Assembly: GCA_042568575.1 (NCBI GenBank)
Contig: JBHPIO010000014.1
Span: forward strand, 1 to 28,551
Origin: Patescibacteria group bacterium
GTDB lineage: Bacteria; Patescibacteriota; Gracilibacteria; UBA1369; PNNO01
DNA length: 28,551 nucleotides
Direction of reading: 5' to 3'
The translations under genes and the position numbers were made by a program. Positions 18,204-26,459 of this stretch are shown one piece after another. The notes beneath the pieces are model-generated. The model saw only the letters and a program-made list of their open reading frames with translations, was not told the origin of the DNA and made no database searches. The stretch's first letter is position 1; each line of letters starts with the position of its first letter.

Positions 18204-19685
18204 TTATTTCTTCAGCATCACCAGCAAATCTTTTGTAACCGCCTTTGTTCCAAATAATGAAGCTGCATAAACGGCAGCACCAACAGGAACTAGAAGTAGT
18301 ACATTATAGTTTCCAACGAGGTCATGAGCTGGATCTCGCAATAGATAAACCACTGCTCCCATTATCAATGCGGACAAAACTGTTTTGGATGTGCGTCCGA
18401 GATGTATTTTAAATGGCAAGAATTTTTTCACAGTTACAAATACCAAAATGAAGACAAGAATTTCTGAAGCAACAGTTGTTAATGCTGCGCCTCTAAATCC
18501 AAGCCAAGGAATTATAAGTATATTCGCAACTACATTAAAGATCGCGCATGAACCGTTTATCCAGATAAGATGAGCTTGTTTTCCAATCGCTATTAATGTG
18601 AAATTGAAAATCACATTTACTGAAATCAAAACAAATGAGAATAGGACGATTTGCAATGCAGCGTCGGACCCAAAGAATCCTTCGGCGGCGTTACTTACAA
18701 AATCTGGCGTACTAATGACGTTGATTAAAGGCATAGCGAGTATTATCCCTCCAATGAGTAGAGGGATGCTCAGCATTAATTGGAAATCAAATGTTAATTG
18801 AATTATTTTTTTATAAGTTTCAGTTTTTTCTTTTATGTGTTTTGTTAACGTTGGTAACACGGCGTTCATAAAATAGATTGGAAGGAGAACAAGCGCTTCA
18901 AGCATTCTTGCTGCAACTCCATATAATCCGGCTTCTTCTCTTCCTCGCATGTTGAAGAGCAAAATCGCATCCGCTCTAAAATAAATGTTGCTTAAAAAGA
19001 GTGCGAGTCCGTAAGGCATTGCCTGCTTCAAAATATATTTCATGTAGTCTTTGTCGAACCTGAGCCTGATTGGTGTGTATCTTTTTACAATGTGAATCGT
19101 ATAGAGAAGCATTGCGGTATTTCCAATCGCACCTGCCCAAAAGAGATGATAAAAACCTTGGAATGTATCGTGTTTAAAAAGAACAAATGCCACAAGAGCC
19201 ATATATGAAACCTGCATAATTTTTCCGAAAATCACTCCTTTTGCTTGATACTGCATCTTATATTTTTCCTGCAAGACACTAGTGATTGTTCCATTGGAAA
19301 GCGCAACAAATGTAGCTGTTGTAGCGATCATAATTGCCCATGGGATTTGTGTGCCCTGATGAGAAGGAACCAGAAATCCACCAGTAATTACTCCAATTAG
19401 AACCAGAAATCCAATAGTAACTCGTATAGTCAAAATATTTCCAAGAATTTTCGGAATTCGATTTTCATCTTTCGACATCTCTCTAACGGCAATCGTGTAA
19501 AGTCCGAAATCTGCGATAATTGCAAATAGTGCAAGGAACTCGTAAACGTTCGTATATTCACCATATTTACCTACATCCAAATAAGAAGTGATAATTTTGA
19601 TTACCACAAGACTAAGCAGGGCTGTTCCGGCACGGCCTGCGATTTGAAAGGCTGTATTGGATAGGATTTTTCGAGCTGTGGACAT
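18204..19685 (-). CDS. MOP-family (Wzx/RfbX-like) polysaccharide flippase
   Basis: Multi-TM protein; YG.Y, ADFGL...VRE, G.Y..A, LIIP.LG..GAA..T..SE. Confidence 0.9.
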   Translation of the reverse strand: MSTARKILSNTAFQIAGRAGTALLSLVVIKIITSYLDVGKYGEYTNVYEFLALFAIIADFGLYTIAVREMSKDENRIPKILGNILTIRVTIGFLVLIGVITGGFLVPSHQGTQIPWAIMIATTATFVALSNGTITSVLQEKYKMQYQAKGVIFGKIMQVSYMALVAFVLFKHDTFQGFYHLFWAGAIGNTAMLLYTIHIVKRYTPIRLRFDKDYMKYILKQAMPYGLALFLSNIYFRADAILLFNMRGREEAGLYGVAARMLEALVLLPIYFMNAVLPTLTKHIKEKTETYKKIIQLTFDFQLMLSIPLLIGGIILAMPLINVISTPDFVSNAAEGFFGSDAALQIVLFSFVLISVNVIFNFTLIAIGKQAHLIWINGSCAIFNVVANILIIPWLGFRGAALTTVASEILVFILVFVTVKKFLPFKIHLGRTSKTVLSALIMGAVVYLLRDPAHDLVGNYNVLLLVPVGAAVYAASLFGTKAVTKDLLVMLKK

Positions 19686-19753
19686 AAATTCTCGTACTTA
19701 AAAGTGTCTGCGTTACGATAGCAGAAATTAGCGAAAAGTTTAGCCCAACAAGC

Positions 19754-19781
19754 TTGACAGGGGGGAGGTTGGTGGTATTAT
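19754..19781 (+). promoter_or_regulatory. sigma70 promoter for unit 3
   Basis: TTGACA-16-TATTAT with extended -10 TG; G6 run in the spacer. Confidence 0.65.
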
Positions 19782-19787
19782 TACTGC

Positions 19788-19986
19788 CCGTTTGTTTTTA
19801 AATGATAAATGGTGCCATTTAACAATTAATTTGCATGTTCACAAGGAGCGTCCTGCTTTTTGACTATTTTCATAGAAGTTCACATAACACCTAGAGATGA
19901 TAGTCGGTAGGACTACTCTTTGTGGGATGTGGTGTAAAAACAACCAAGAACGGAACAACGATATATCAACCGAGGAGGATGGGATC
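19788..19986 (+). promoter_or_regulatory. ~200 nt structured 5' leader of unit 3
   Basis: Nested pairings CCGTT/AACGG, TGTTTTTA/TAAAAACA, TTCACAAGGAG/CTCTTTGTGGG, GTCCTGC/GTAGGAC, GACTAT/ATAGTC; boxA-like GCCATTTAACA at 19814-19824; CGAGGAGGA at 19971-19979. Confidence 0.65.
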
Positions 19987-20961
19987 ATGAACCGAACGAC
20001 TTTGATGGTAGTGGTGACGGCAGCTCTAATGGGCCTGACGGCGTGCGAACCTTTCATGGAGACGCCGGTGAGGCGGCCACGAGCGGTGAAGAAGGCTCCG
20101 GTGACTAAGAAGCCGACGTTCAAGATGGCGACGCCCCTGAAGGAGCTGCTCGCACAGTATCCCAAGCTGCGCAAGGCCAAGTTGAAGATGGAGAAGTCGG
20201 AGAAAGCGCTTGACGCCTGCGTTTTCACCATGGCGTCGAATAGCTTCAAACTCGACCGCCCCAAGGGTTGCAAAAAGTTTCAGGCCGGTATAGCTGTCCT
20301 TATAGATGACGTGAAGACAGTGAAGAAATGCATTGTCGACCTGAGAGACAAGTACAGAAAGGAGGTAATCGCTGCGAAAACAGATATGATTTGCAGTGCG
20401 CGCAAGAATACGCGTCTGTGCAAACGTCCCTTCGAGTCCAAGCTGGACTATTGGACGGCCCTCAGGAAGTATTACAGCACGGAGGTTTCTCATTGGAGCT
20501 CCATGCTGATTGCAAAGCGGTACTATAGGCGGAAATGCTTTCCCCTATCTCAAAAAGTAGATGGAGAAAGCGAGGTGTTCTACAAACTTTGCGTGACTAT
20601 CCGCAAGAAGCGAGGAGAACGCCCCTTCAAGTTTAGCAGATACGATATGTACAGCCAGGGCTACATCAAAAAGAAGATCCGTGCGGCCTACGCGATGCTC
20701 GTCATCGCCGAAGGGAGGCTCAAGATCGCCAAGCGGGCTATCGTGGCCTTCAAGAAGCTGAAGAAGCTTCAGGACGACGATATTCCCTATACGCAGGGAG
20801 CTGTATCTGCCGCAGAGGGTCGTGCTGCTCGCCAGAAAGAGAAGAAAAAGCTGCAAGAGTTGCAGCATCAACTTCGCGAAACCAGGCGCACCCTGAGTCG
20901 CCTCCCCCCCCGGACTCCTGCTCATGCCTTCGTCGAGCAAAAAGCGAATGTCCATGCTTGA
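19987..20961 (+). CDS. GC-rich, highly basic Cys-containing lipoprotein (unit 3)
   Basis: MNRTTLMVVVTAALMGLTA-C lipobox; K/R-rich helical body; many AAG/CTG/ATC codons; strong SD. Confidence 0.8.
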   Translation: MNRTTLMVVVTAALMGLTACEPFMETPVRRPRAVKKAPVTKKPTFKMATPLKELLAQYPKLRKAKLKMEKSEKALDACVFTMASNSFKLDRPKGCKKFQAGIAVLIDDVKTVKKCIVDLRDKYRKEVIAAKTDMICSARKNTRLCKRPFESKLDYWTALRKYYSTEVSHWSSMLIAKRYYRRKCFPLSQKVDGESEVFYKLCVTIRKKRGERPFKFSRYDMYSQGYIKKKIRAAYAMLVIAEGRLKIAKRAIVAFKKLKKLQDDDIPYTQGAVSAAEGRAARQKEKKKLQELQHQLRETRRTLSRLPPRTPAHAFVEQKANVHA

Positions 20962-21011
20962 GCTTCGATAACAAACCGCCGTCATACACCACGCAAACCC
21001 CCACATATCGC

Positions 21012-21070
21012 TCCTAGAAGTTTCACGGCGTAACTTCTAGGACGCATCCCCCCTTGGTAAGGAGGGCTTT
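21012..21070 (+). terminator. Double 3' hairpin of unit 3
   Basis: Perfect 11-bp TCCTAGAAGTT/AACTTCTAGGA stem, then CCCCCCTT/AAGGAGGG followed by CTTT. Confidence 0.65.
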
Positions 21071-21860
21071 ATAAAAGTCCGTTAGCATAATCATTCAGAA
21101 TATCGTCGACTAAAGTGTATGGCACAGTAATATATTGCGGCCCGATTGCATATGGTCCCACAATATAAGGATCAAAAGTGAACCAAAGTCCATCAGTGTT
21201 GAAAACGAAAGCCGAATAATTAACCTCTTCTGGTGCTGCACCCTGCGTGATCCATTCAAGATCAGTGTATTCAAAATCAATCATCATTTGATCTGCAAGT
21301 TCTGGAATCACATAGTCAGAAAGAGTCACCAAGTACTCGCTATCTTCAACAAAAAGATCCACAAGCTCGATTTCTTTATTTTCTTGCATGTCGTAATTTA
21401 GAACACTCGTGTAGAAATTTGGATGAGCTGCTCCGGCACTATAATGCGAATTTCCAAACTGAATACTCGCAAGTTTTGTGCTAAGCGTGTGAATTTCATA
21501 CGTTATATAAAGGCTACTTTTCCCAATATCTTCCAAATCTTCAAGATATGGCAAAGTTTCCTCAACTTCCGCCTTAAAAAAATCAATAGTCTCTTGAACA
21601 TGATCTTCAATCACTTGATTTAATTTTGTCGCTCCGATTGTTTCTGGATATACAACGTAAATTGTATAATGCTCAGTTTCTTCTTCGATAGATTTTTCTG
21701 ATACTCCCAAATCGGCGTCGGTAATTTCGCGAGCTTCTTCAACAACAGTCTCTTCAACTGGAGCAACTTCTTCTTGGGGTTCCTGCTCCTGTTCCGGTGT
21801 AATTGTTGGCGTGCATCCAGCAAATGCTAGAAGGATCACGAGGGGGATTAGTTTTTTCAT
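21069..21860 (-). CDS. DUF3298/DUF4163 (RsiV/PdaC-like) lipoprotein
   Basis: Lipobox FAG-C; Y..GAAHPN, NYD, L.DLF, F.PY.VGPYA.G...I.VPY. Confidence 0.88.
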   Translation of the reverse strand: MKKLIPLVILLAFAGCTPTITPEQEQEPQEEVAPVEETVVEEAREITDADLGVSEKSIEEETEHYTIYVVYPETIGATKLNQVIEDHVQETIDFFKAEVEETLPYLEDLEDIGKSSLYITYEIHTLSTKLASIQFGNSHYSAGAAHPNFYTSVLNYDMQENKEIELVDLFVEDSEYLVTLSDYVIPELADQMMIDFEYTDLEWITQGAAPEEVNYSAFVFNTDGLWFTFDPYIVGPYAIGPQYITVPYTLVDDILNDYANGLL

Positions 21861-21942
21861 TTTCAAAAGTTAATAATTTTTGCATCCAGGATTATATCAC
21901 ATACCATTGACGCACTACAGACCACACAGCTACTATTGACTC

Positions 21943-23256
21943 ATGAATATAGTAGTTTTTGGAGCTGGCTACGTTGGACTTTCTACCGCAAGTTGTTTTG
22001 CGGAAATGGGCAATAAAGTCTCGTGCGTTGACATCGACAATAATAAAATAGAGAAACTTAGTAAAGGTCAAATCCCTCTTTACGAACCGGGATTGGAGGA
22101 TTTTATTAAACGTAATCTCAAGGTAGGTCGTCTTTCATTTACGACGGATTCCAAGAAAGCAATTGAAGAAGCTGAGGTGATTTTTTGTGCTGTAGGAACT
22201 CCTCCAAAAAAAGATTATCAGCCCGATACAGAGCAAGTTGAACAAGTTGCAAAAGATGTGGGCAAGTATATGAATGGTTATAAAGTTTTTGTAATAAAGT
22301 CGACTGTGCCGATAGGAACAACCAAAAAATGTAAGGCGATTATTCAAAAAGAACTCTCAGAAAGGAACGTCGATCATGAGTTTGATGTTGCTTTCAATCC
22401 TGAATTCTTGCGTCAGGGCGAAGCCTTAAACGACACTATCAATCCAAACAGAATTATTCTTGGAATAGACAATGAAGAACCCGTTAAGCTTCTTTCAAAG
22501 CTGTATTATCCAATTCTTCGAACTGGCAAACCTTTGATGTTTACTGACCTTTGTTCGGCGGAAGTTACAAAATATGCAGCGAACGCATTTCTTTCAACTA
22601 AAATTTCTTTTATTAATGAATTGGCCCATCTTTGTGAAAAGACAGGTGGGAATATTAAGGATGTTGCTCAAGGAATTGGTCTTGATCCGCGAATTGGTCA
22701 TCAATTTTTAAATGCCGGAATTGGTTACGGTGGCAGTTGTTTAAAGAAAGATGTCCAGGCGTTGATTCATCATGCAAAAAAGCACAATCACGAATTTAAG
22801 CTTCTGCAAGCGGTTGAAGACATCAATGAAAGACAGAAGACAGTCCTGATTGATAAGTTGCTTTCAAACATTCCTACTCTTGAAAACAAAAAAATAGCTC
22901 TTTGGGGACTTACATTCAAACCAAAAACTGACGACATGCGTGATGCCCCATCTCTGCAAATTATTGAGCAATTAAAAATGCATAATGCTGACATTCATGT
23001 GTACGATCCAATTCAAAAGGATCTCCCGGATGTCGTTCATTCCGCTAATTCTTTAGAGGCAGCCAAAGATGCCGACGCTCTATTAATACTTACAGAGTGG
23101 GAAGAATTCAAAGGTGTTGATTTGAAAAAATTAAAAACTGCTATGAAGGGAAACCTCATTCTTGATGGTCGAAATATGTATGATCAAAAAGCAGCGAAGC
23201 AGGAAGGCTTTAGATATGTTGGGATTGGAATTACGCAGCCCCAAGAATTTGATTAG
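21943..23256 (+). CDS. ugd: UDP-glucose 6-dehydrogenase
   Basis: GAGYVG, AVGTP, KSTVP.GT, NPEFL, KYAAN.FL..KISFINE, GYGGSC..KD, FKP.TDD.R. Confidence 0.96.
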   Translation: MNIVVFGAGYVGLSTASCFAEMGNKVSCVDIDNNKIEKLSKGQIPLYEPGLEDFIKRNLKVGRLSFTTDSKKAIEEAEVIFCAVGTPPKKDYQPDTEQVEQVAKDVGKYMNGYKVFVIKSTVPIGTTKKCKAIIQKELSERNVDHEFDVAFNPEFLRQGEALNDTINPNRIILGIDNEEPVKLLSKLYYPILRTGKPLMFTDLCSAEVTKYAANAFLSTKISFINELAHLCEKTGGNIKDVAQGIGLDPRIGHQFLNAGIGYGGSCLKKDVQALIHHAKKHNHEFKLLQAVEDINERQKTVLIDKLLSNIPTLENKKIALWGLTFKPKTDDMRDAPSLQIIEQLKMHNADIHVYDPIQKDLPDVVHSANSLEAAKDADALLILTEWEEFKGVDLKKLKTAMKGNLILDGRNMYDQKAAKQEGFRYVGIGITQPQEFD

Positions 23257-23680
23257 TCAGATCCATCATAGTTTGAAAATCTTCTTCGCTCGAATGTTCA
23301 TGTCCAAGAATATGCAACACTCCATGAACAAACAAAAATTTAAGCTCGGTTAGCAAGTCGTGATCCAATTTCTTGGCTTGTTTTGAGGCAGTATCAATTG
23401 AGATAAAGATTTCTCCAATCATATCTTCTCCTGGGAATTCATCACCCAAATAACATAACGAAATTACATCGGTAGGCTTGTCTTGTGCTCTTTGAGTCCT
23501 GTTGATTTCCTGAATAATTTTATCATTAACAAGAGTGCAGGTAATAAAATAATTCTTTCTGTTATCAATTTCTTTCGGAAAAATTTCCCTAAACTCAATA
23601 TTAATAAGTTCAAGAATTTCTTCAAACAGAGCTCCTGAAAGTGGCGTTGTAGTCTCGTTGTAATATTCAAGATTTATCAT
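23231..23680 (-). CDS. ybeY: rRNA maturation endoribonuclease YbeY
   Basis: N...R..DKPTDVIS, GEIFIS, HG.LH.LG.EH. Confidence 0.93.
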   Translation of the reverse strand: MINLEYYNETTTPLSGALFEEILELINIEFREIFPKEIDNRKNYFITCTLVNDKIIQEINRTQRAQDKPTDVISLCYLGDEFPGEDMIGEIFISIDTASKQAKKLDHDLLTELKFLFVHGVLHILGHEHSSEEDFQTMMDLTNQILGAA

Positions 23681-24228
23681 TTGCGTGGTTGTTTTTTCAT
23701 GTAGACGTCCAACATTTGGTATACAGCAATTCCGAAAGCAGTTGCAACGTTTAATGAGTTTGCACGTCCAAGCATCGGGATTGAAATTGCTGTATCAATA
23801 TACTTCATTGCTTCGTCAGACACGCCATCGATTTCGTGCCCAACAACAAGTGCTGCAGGAAAGTCGCAGGAAAGTTCGGTGAAATGAACCGAAGGTTCTG
23901 TAAGTTCAAGCGCAACAATTTGTACTCCTTTTTCCTTTAATTCTTTAATTGCTTCAAGCGAAGTTTTTTTATACTCCCATGGAACCGTATCGCATGCACC
24001 AAGAGAAGTTTTGTCGATTTCACGTCTTGGCGGCATTCCAGTCATTCCACAAAGATATAGCTTCTCGGCCATAATTCCATCAGCAGTTCGAAACATTGCT
24101 CCAACATTATATAAGCTCCTAATGTTATCAAGTACTCCGTATATTGGAGTTCGTGGAAGCTTTCGCACTTCTTTTGCGAGCTTCTTTGTCTTTAAAATTT
24201 CCTCTGGTGTGAGTTTTCGATATTGCAT
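23677..24228 (-). CDS. TrmH/SpoU family RNA methyltransferase
   Basis: LDNIRS.YNVGA.FRTAD, VG.E..GV, IPM.G..NSLNVA.A; start MQYRK. Confidence 0.92.
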   Translation of the reverse strand: MQYRKLTPEEILKTKKLAKEVRKLPRTPIYGVLDNIRSLYNVGAMFRTADGIMAEKLYLCGMTGMPPRREIDKTSLGACDTVPWEYKKTSLEAIKELKEKGVQIVALELTEPSVHFTELSCDFPAALVVGHEIDGVSDEAMKYIDTAISIPMLGRANSLNVATAFGIAVYQMLDVYMKKQPRK

Positions 24229-24287
24229 GTCACCACTGTAATTAATGAATGCGAAATTGTCACCATAAAACACATAAAAAACACCCG

Positions 24288-24316
24288 TTGACAAATATGG
24301 ACAACTTACGTATTAT
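24288..24316 (+). promoter_or_regulatory. sigma70 promoter for the HTH gene
   Basis: TTGACA-17-TATTAT. Confidence 0.75.
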
Positions 24317-24351
24317 ATGCACGACGAGTTTTTAAATTATGTCTACTTTAT

Positions 24352-24924
24352 ATGTCTACCCAAGCTACAAAATCTTTTGATACAAGCCGAAAAGAAGCGG
24401 CAGAAATACTCAAAGTGTCGACACGAACACTAGACAGGTATATTACCAACAAAAAACTGTCTACAAAGAGTATTGCCGGTAGAATTTTCCTAAACAGCGA
24501 AGAGCTTACCAATTTTTCGAAGCAAACAAGATCACATAAATCGATTAAAAGATCTGCTCCCAGGAAAGCTTCCAGGCCAGCAAAAGCAAAGCAACCTAAA
24601 AGGGTTCAAGAGTACGAGGATGATGATGTATATACAATCCCAGTAGAACAAGGTGACATTGTGTCCTCGGTTGAAGATCGAGTATACAAAAAACTTTATG
24701 AAGAAATTCGCAGTGATGTGAAATCATTTCAGCAAAGACTTGAAGGAGCAAACTATCGTGTTGGACAACTTGAGTCTGAACTTAAAGCTTCGGTGCCATT
24801 ACTAGATCATCAGAAACTACTCACTGGACATAAAAAAGAACGATACAACAAAAGAATTCTTTATATATTACTTGGGGTTCTTCTTGCAGTTCAACCTGTT
24901 TGGATTATTTTAAGCTTTCTTTAA
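24352..24924 (+). CDS. Xis/MerR-like HTH plus coiled coil plus C-terminal TM anchor
   Basis: SRKEAAEILKVSTRTLDRYI; heptad region LYEEI...LESELK; hydrophobic C-terminus. Confidence 0.85.
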   Translation: MSTQATKSFDTSRKEAAEILKVSTRTLDRYITNKKLSTKSIAGRIFLNSEELTNFSKQTRSHKSIKRSAPRKASRPAKAKQPKRVQEYEDDDVYTIPVEQGDIVSSVEDRVYKKLYEEIRSDVKSFQQRLEGANYRVGQLESELKASVPLLDHQKLLTGHKKERYNKRILYILLGVLLAVQPVWIILSFL

Positions 24925-24930
24925 GCTCAA

Positions 24931-25581
24931 CTAGATCTGCTCCATTTCGATGCGGTCTTTTTCTTCGAGCGTATATTCAAATTCATTAAACGCTCCGGTT
25001 ATTCTGTCCAAAATTCCTCGAGGTGCTTCGATCGCTTGTTTCAAGGTCGCCTTGTCACCAATTGCGCTAAAGGTATATGGAGGAGTTAAAATAACGCTGT
25101 TTAACATAATTTGACCATTTGGAAGAGTGTCGAATCCTACTGTCGAATCAGTTAGACGAATATTGTTCACACTAATTGCCTCAGCCCCCGAAGCAAGAAG
25201 TTCATTTGTTAAGTCGGTAAGCCATATATCGCTAATCTCAGTTCCAAATTCAAGTTTAATTCCAGGTCCGTGTATAGAAACCTCACCCGCAATAATTTCA
25301 TTTTTTTTGATGTCCTTATCAATTGATTCAAGTGCGAGTGCCTGATTTGAAAGGTCTTCAAGCTGCGCTTCAAGATCAATGATTTCATCTTCTAATTCGT
25401 CGTTACTTGTTTTTAAAATCTGGATCTTTCGGAAAACATTTTCGCTGCTATCACGTCCATCAGACGAAACATAAGATGTGTAATAGCGCGCCTGAGTCAT
25501 TACAAGCAAACCAAGAACTAGCCCTGTAGTTAGCAGGATTGCCAGTTGCCCGAACGGTGTTTTTTTGTGACTTATAGACAT
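24931..25581 (-). CDS. DUF881 (YlxW/YlxX-like) protein
   Basis: N-terminal TM, coiled coil, G.G, NEL.ASGAEAISVN.IR, PY..SAIGD. Confidence 0.9.
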   Translation of the reverse strand: MSISHKKTPFGQLAILLTTGLVLGLLVMTQARYYTSYVSSDGRDSSENVFRKIQILKTSNDELEDEIIDLEAQLEDLSNQALALESIDKDIKKNEIIAGEVSIHGPGIKLEFGTEISDIWLTDLTNELLASGAEAISVNNIRLTDSTVGFDTLPNGQIMLNSVILTPPYTFSAIGDKATLKQAIEAPRGILDRITGAFNEFEYTLEEKDRIEMEQI

Positions 25582-25584
25582 ATA

Positions 25585-26313
25585 TTAAGTTGAAGAGTTA
25601 TCTGTTTGATTAATGTACTTTAAACGAAATTGACCATTATAAATTGGCAACACAACATGAGGGGACTGTCGTACTTCGAATTGAATTCCATTCTCTTTCA
25701 CACGTTTTTGAAGGTCGCTCAAAACACCTGGCTCCTCAAGACGGCGCAACAGTGAATTATAATCTCCAATTGCAGAAATCGAAAATGGCGGTGCTAAATG
25801 CGAATTATTTACTAAAAGAGTGTTCCCAACAGAGTTGATTGATGAAGTAGCAATAACACGTTGATCGTTAATTGAGATTCCTTCTACACTTAATGCCCTT
25901 AACAGATTCACCAAATCTCTAATGTCGGCAGCATAAATTATTCCACCTTCTTCATTAGTAATTGTCTCACGATCAATAAACTCACTATCATCAAGAGCAA
26001 TAATGAAGCCATCTCCGCTCAAATCAGTAAGGCCAATGCGCTCTTTCAAATTATTAAGTGTTTCCAGGTTTGCCGTTTGACTAACCGATTGATTTTGCTC
26101 AAGACTTGTGTCGATTTTTTCACGAACAGATACGATTCGACTCTTAAGAAGAGCTTCTTCGTCAATATATGTCTTAACAAGATCTTTTTGCGCCTGCAAT
26201 TGATCAAGAGGATAAGAACTACTCAAGGGTGTCACCGTTCTAAATTGGGCGGTCACTAAAATGCCCACAAGAATTCCGGTAACAATAGACATGATTTTTA
26301 TCGTATTGCTCAT
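25585..26313 (-). CDS. DUF881 (YlxW/YlxX-like) protein
   Basis: TM-QF, GLT...G.G...L.D, D...LVN.L...E.ISINDQR, PF.I.AIGD. Confidence 0.9.
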   Translation of the reverse strand: MSNTIKIMSIVTGILVGILVTAQFRTVTPLSSSYPLDQLQAQKDLVKTYIDEEALLKSRIVSVREKIDTSLEQNQSVSQTANLETLNNLKERIGLTDLSGDGFIIALDDSEFIDRETITNEEGGIIYAADIRDLVNLLRALSVEGISINDQRVIATSSINSVGNTLLVNNSHLAPPFSISAIGDYNSLLRRLEEPGVLSDLQKRVKENGIQFEVRQSPHVVLPIYNGQFRLKYINQTDNSST

Positions 26314-26392
26314 AATAAGCTTGTTATAAGCACGGCAATCATACTAAAAGTGGGTAGAATTGTAAAATATGAAAAAAAGTCCATCTTTGGGG

Positions 26393-26421
26393 TTGACAAA
26401 ATTTAATTCGATGCCCATAAT
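26393..26421 (+). promoter_or_regulatory. sigma70 promoter
   Basis: TTGACA-17-CATAAT. Confidence 0.7.
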
Positions 26422-26459
26422 GAGAACTCGGTGTAAATTAACTATAAATCGATTACAAA

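Noticed and set aside
19839-21006. Minus-strand ORFs over unit 3
   Set aside because: Shadow frames of a GC-rich gene; no start signals.
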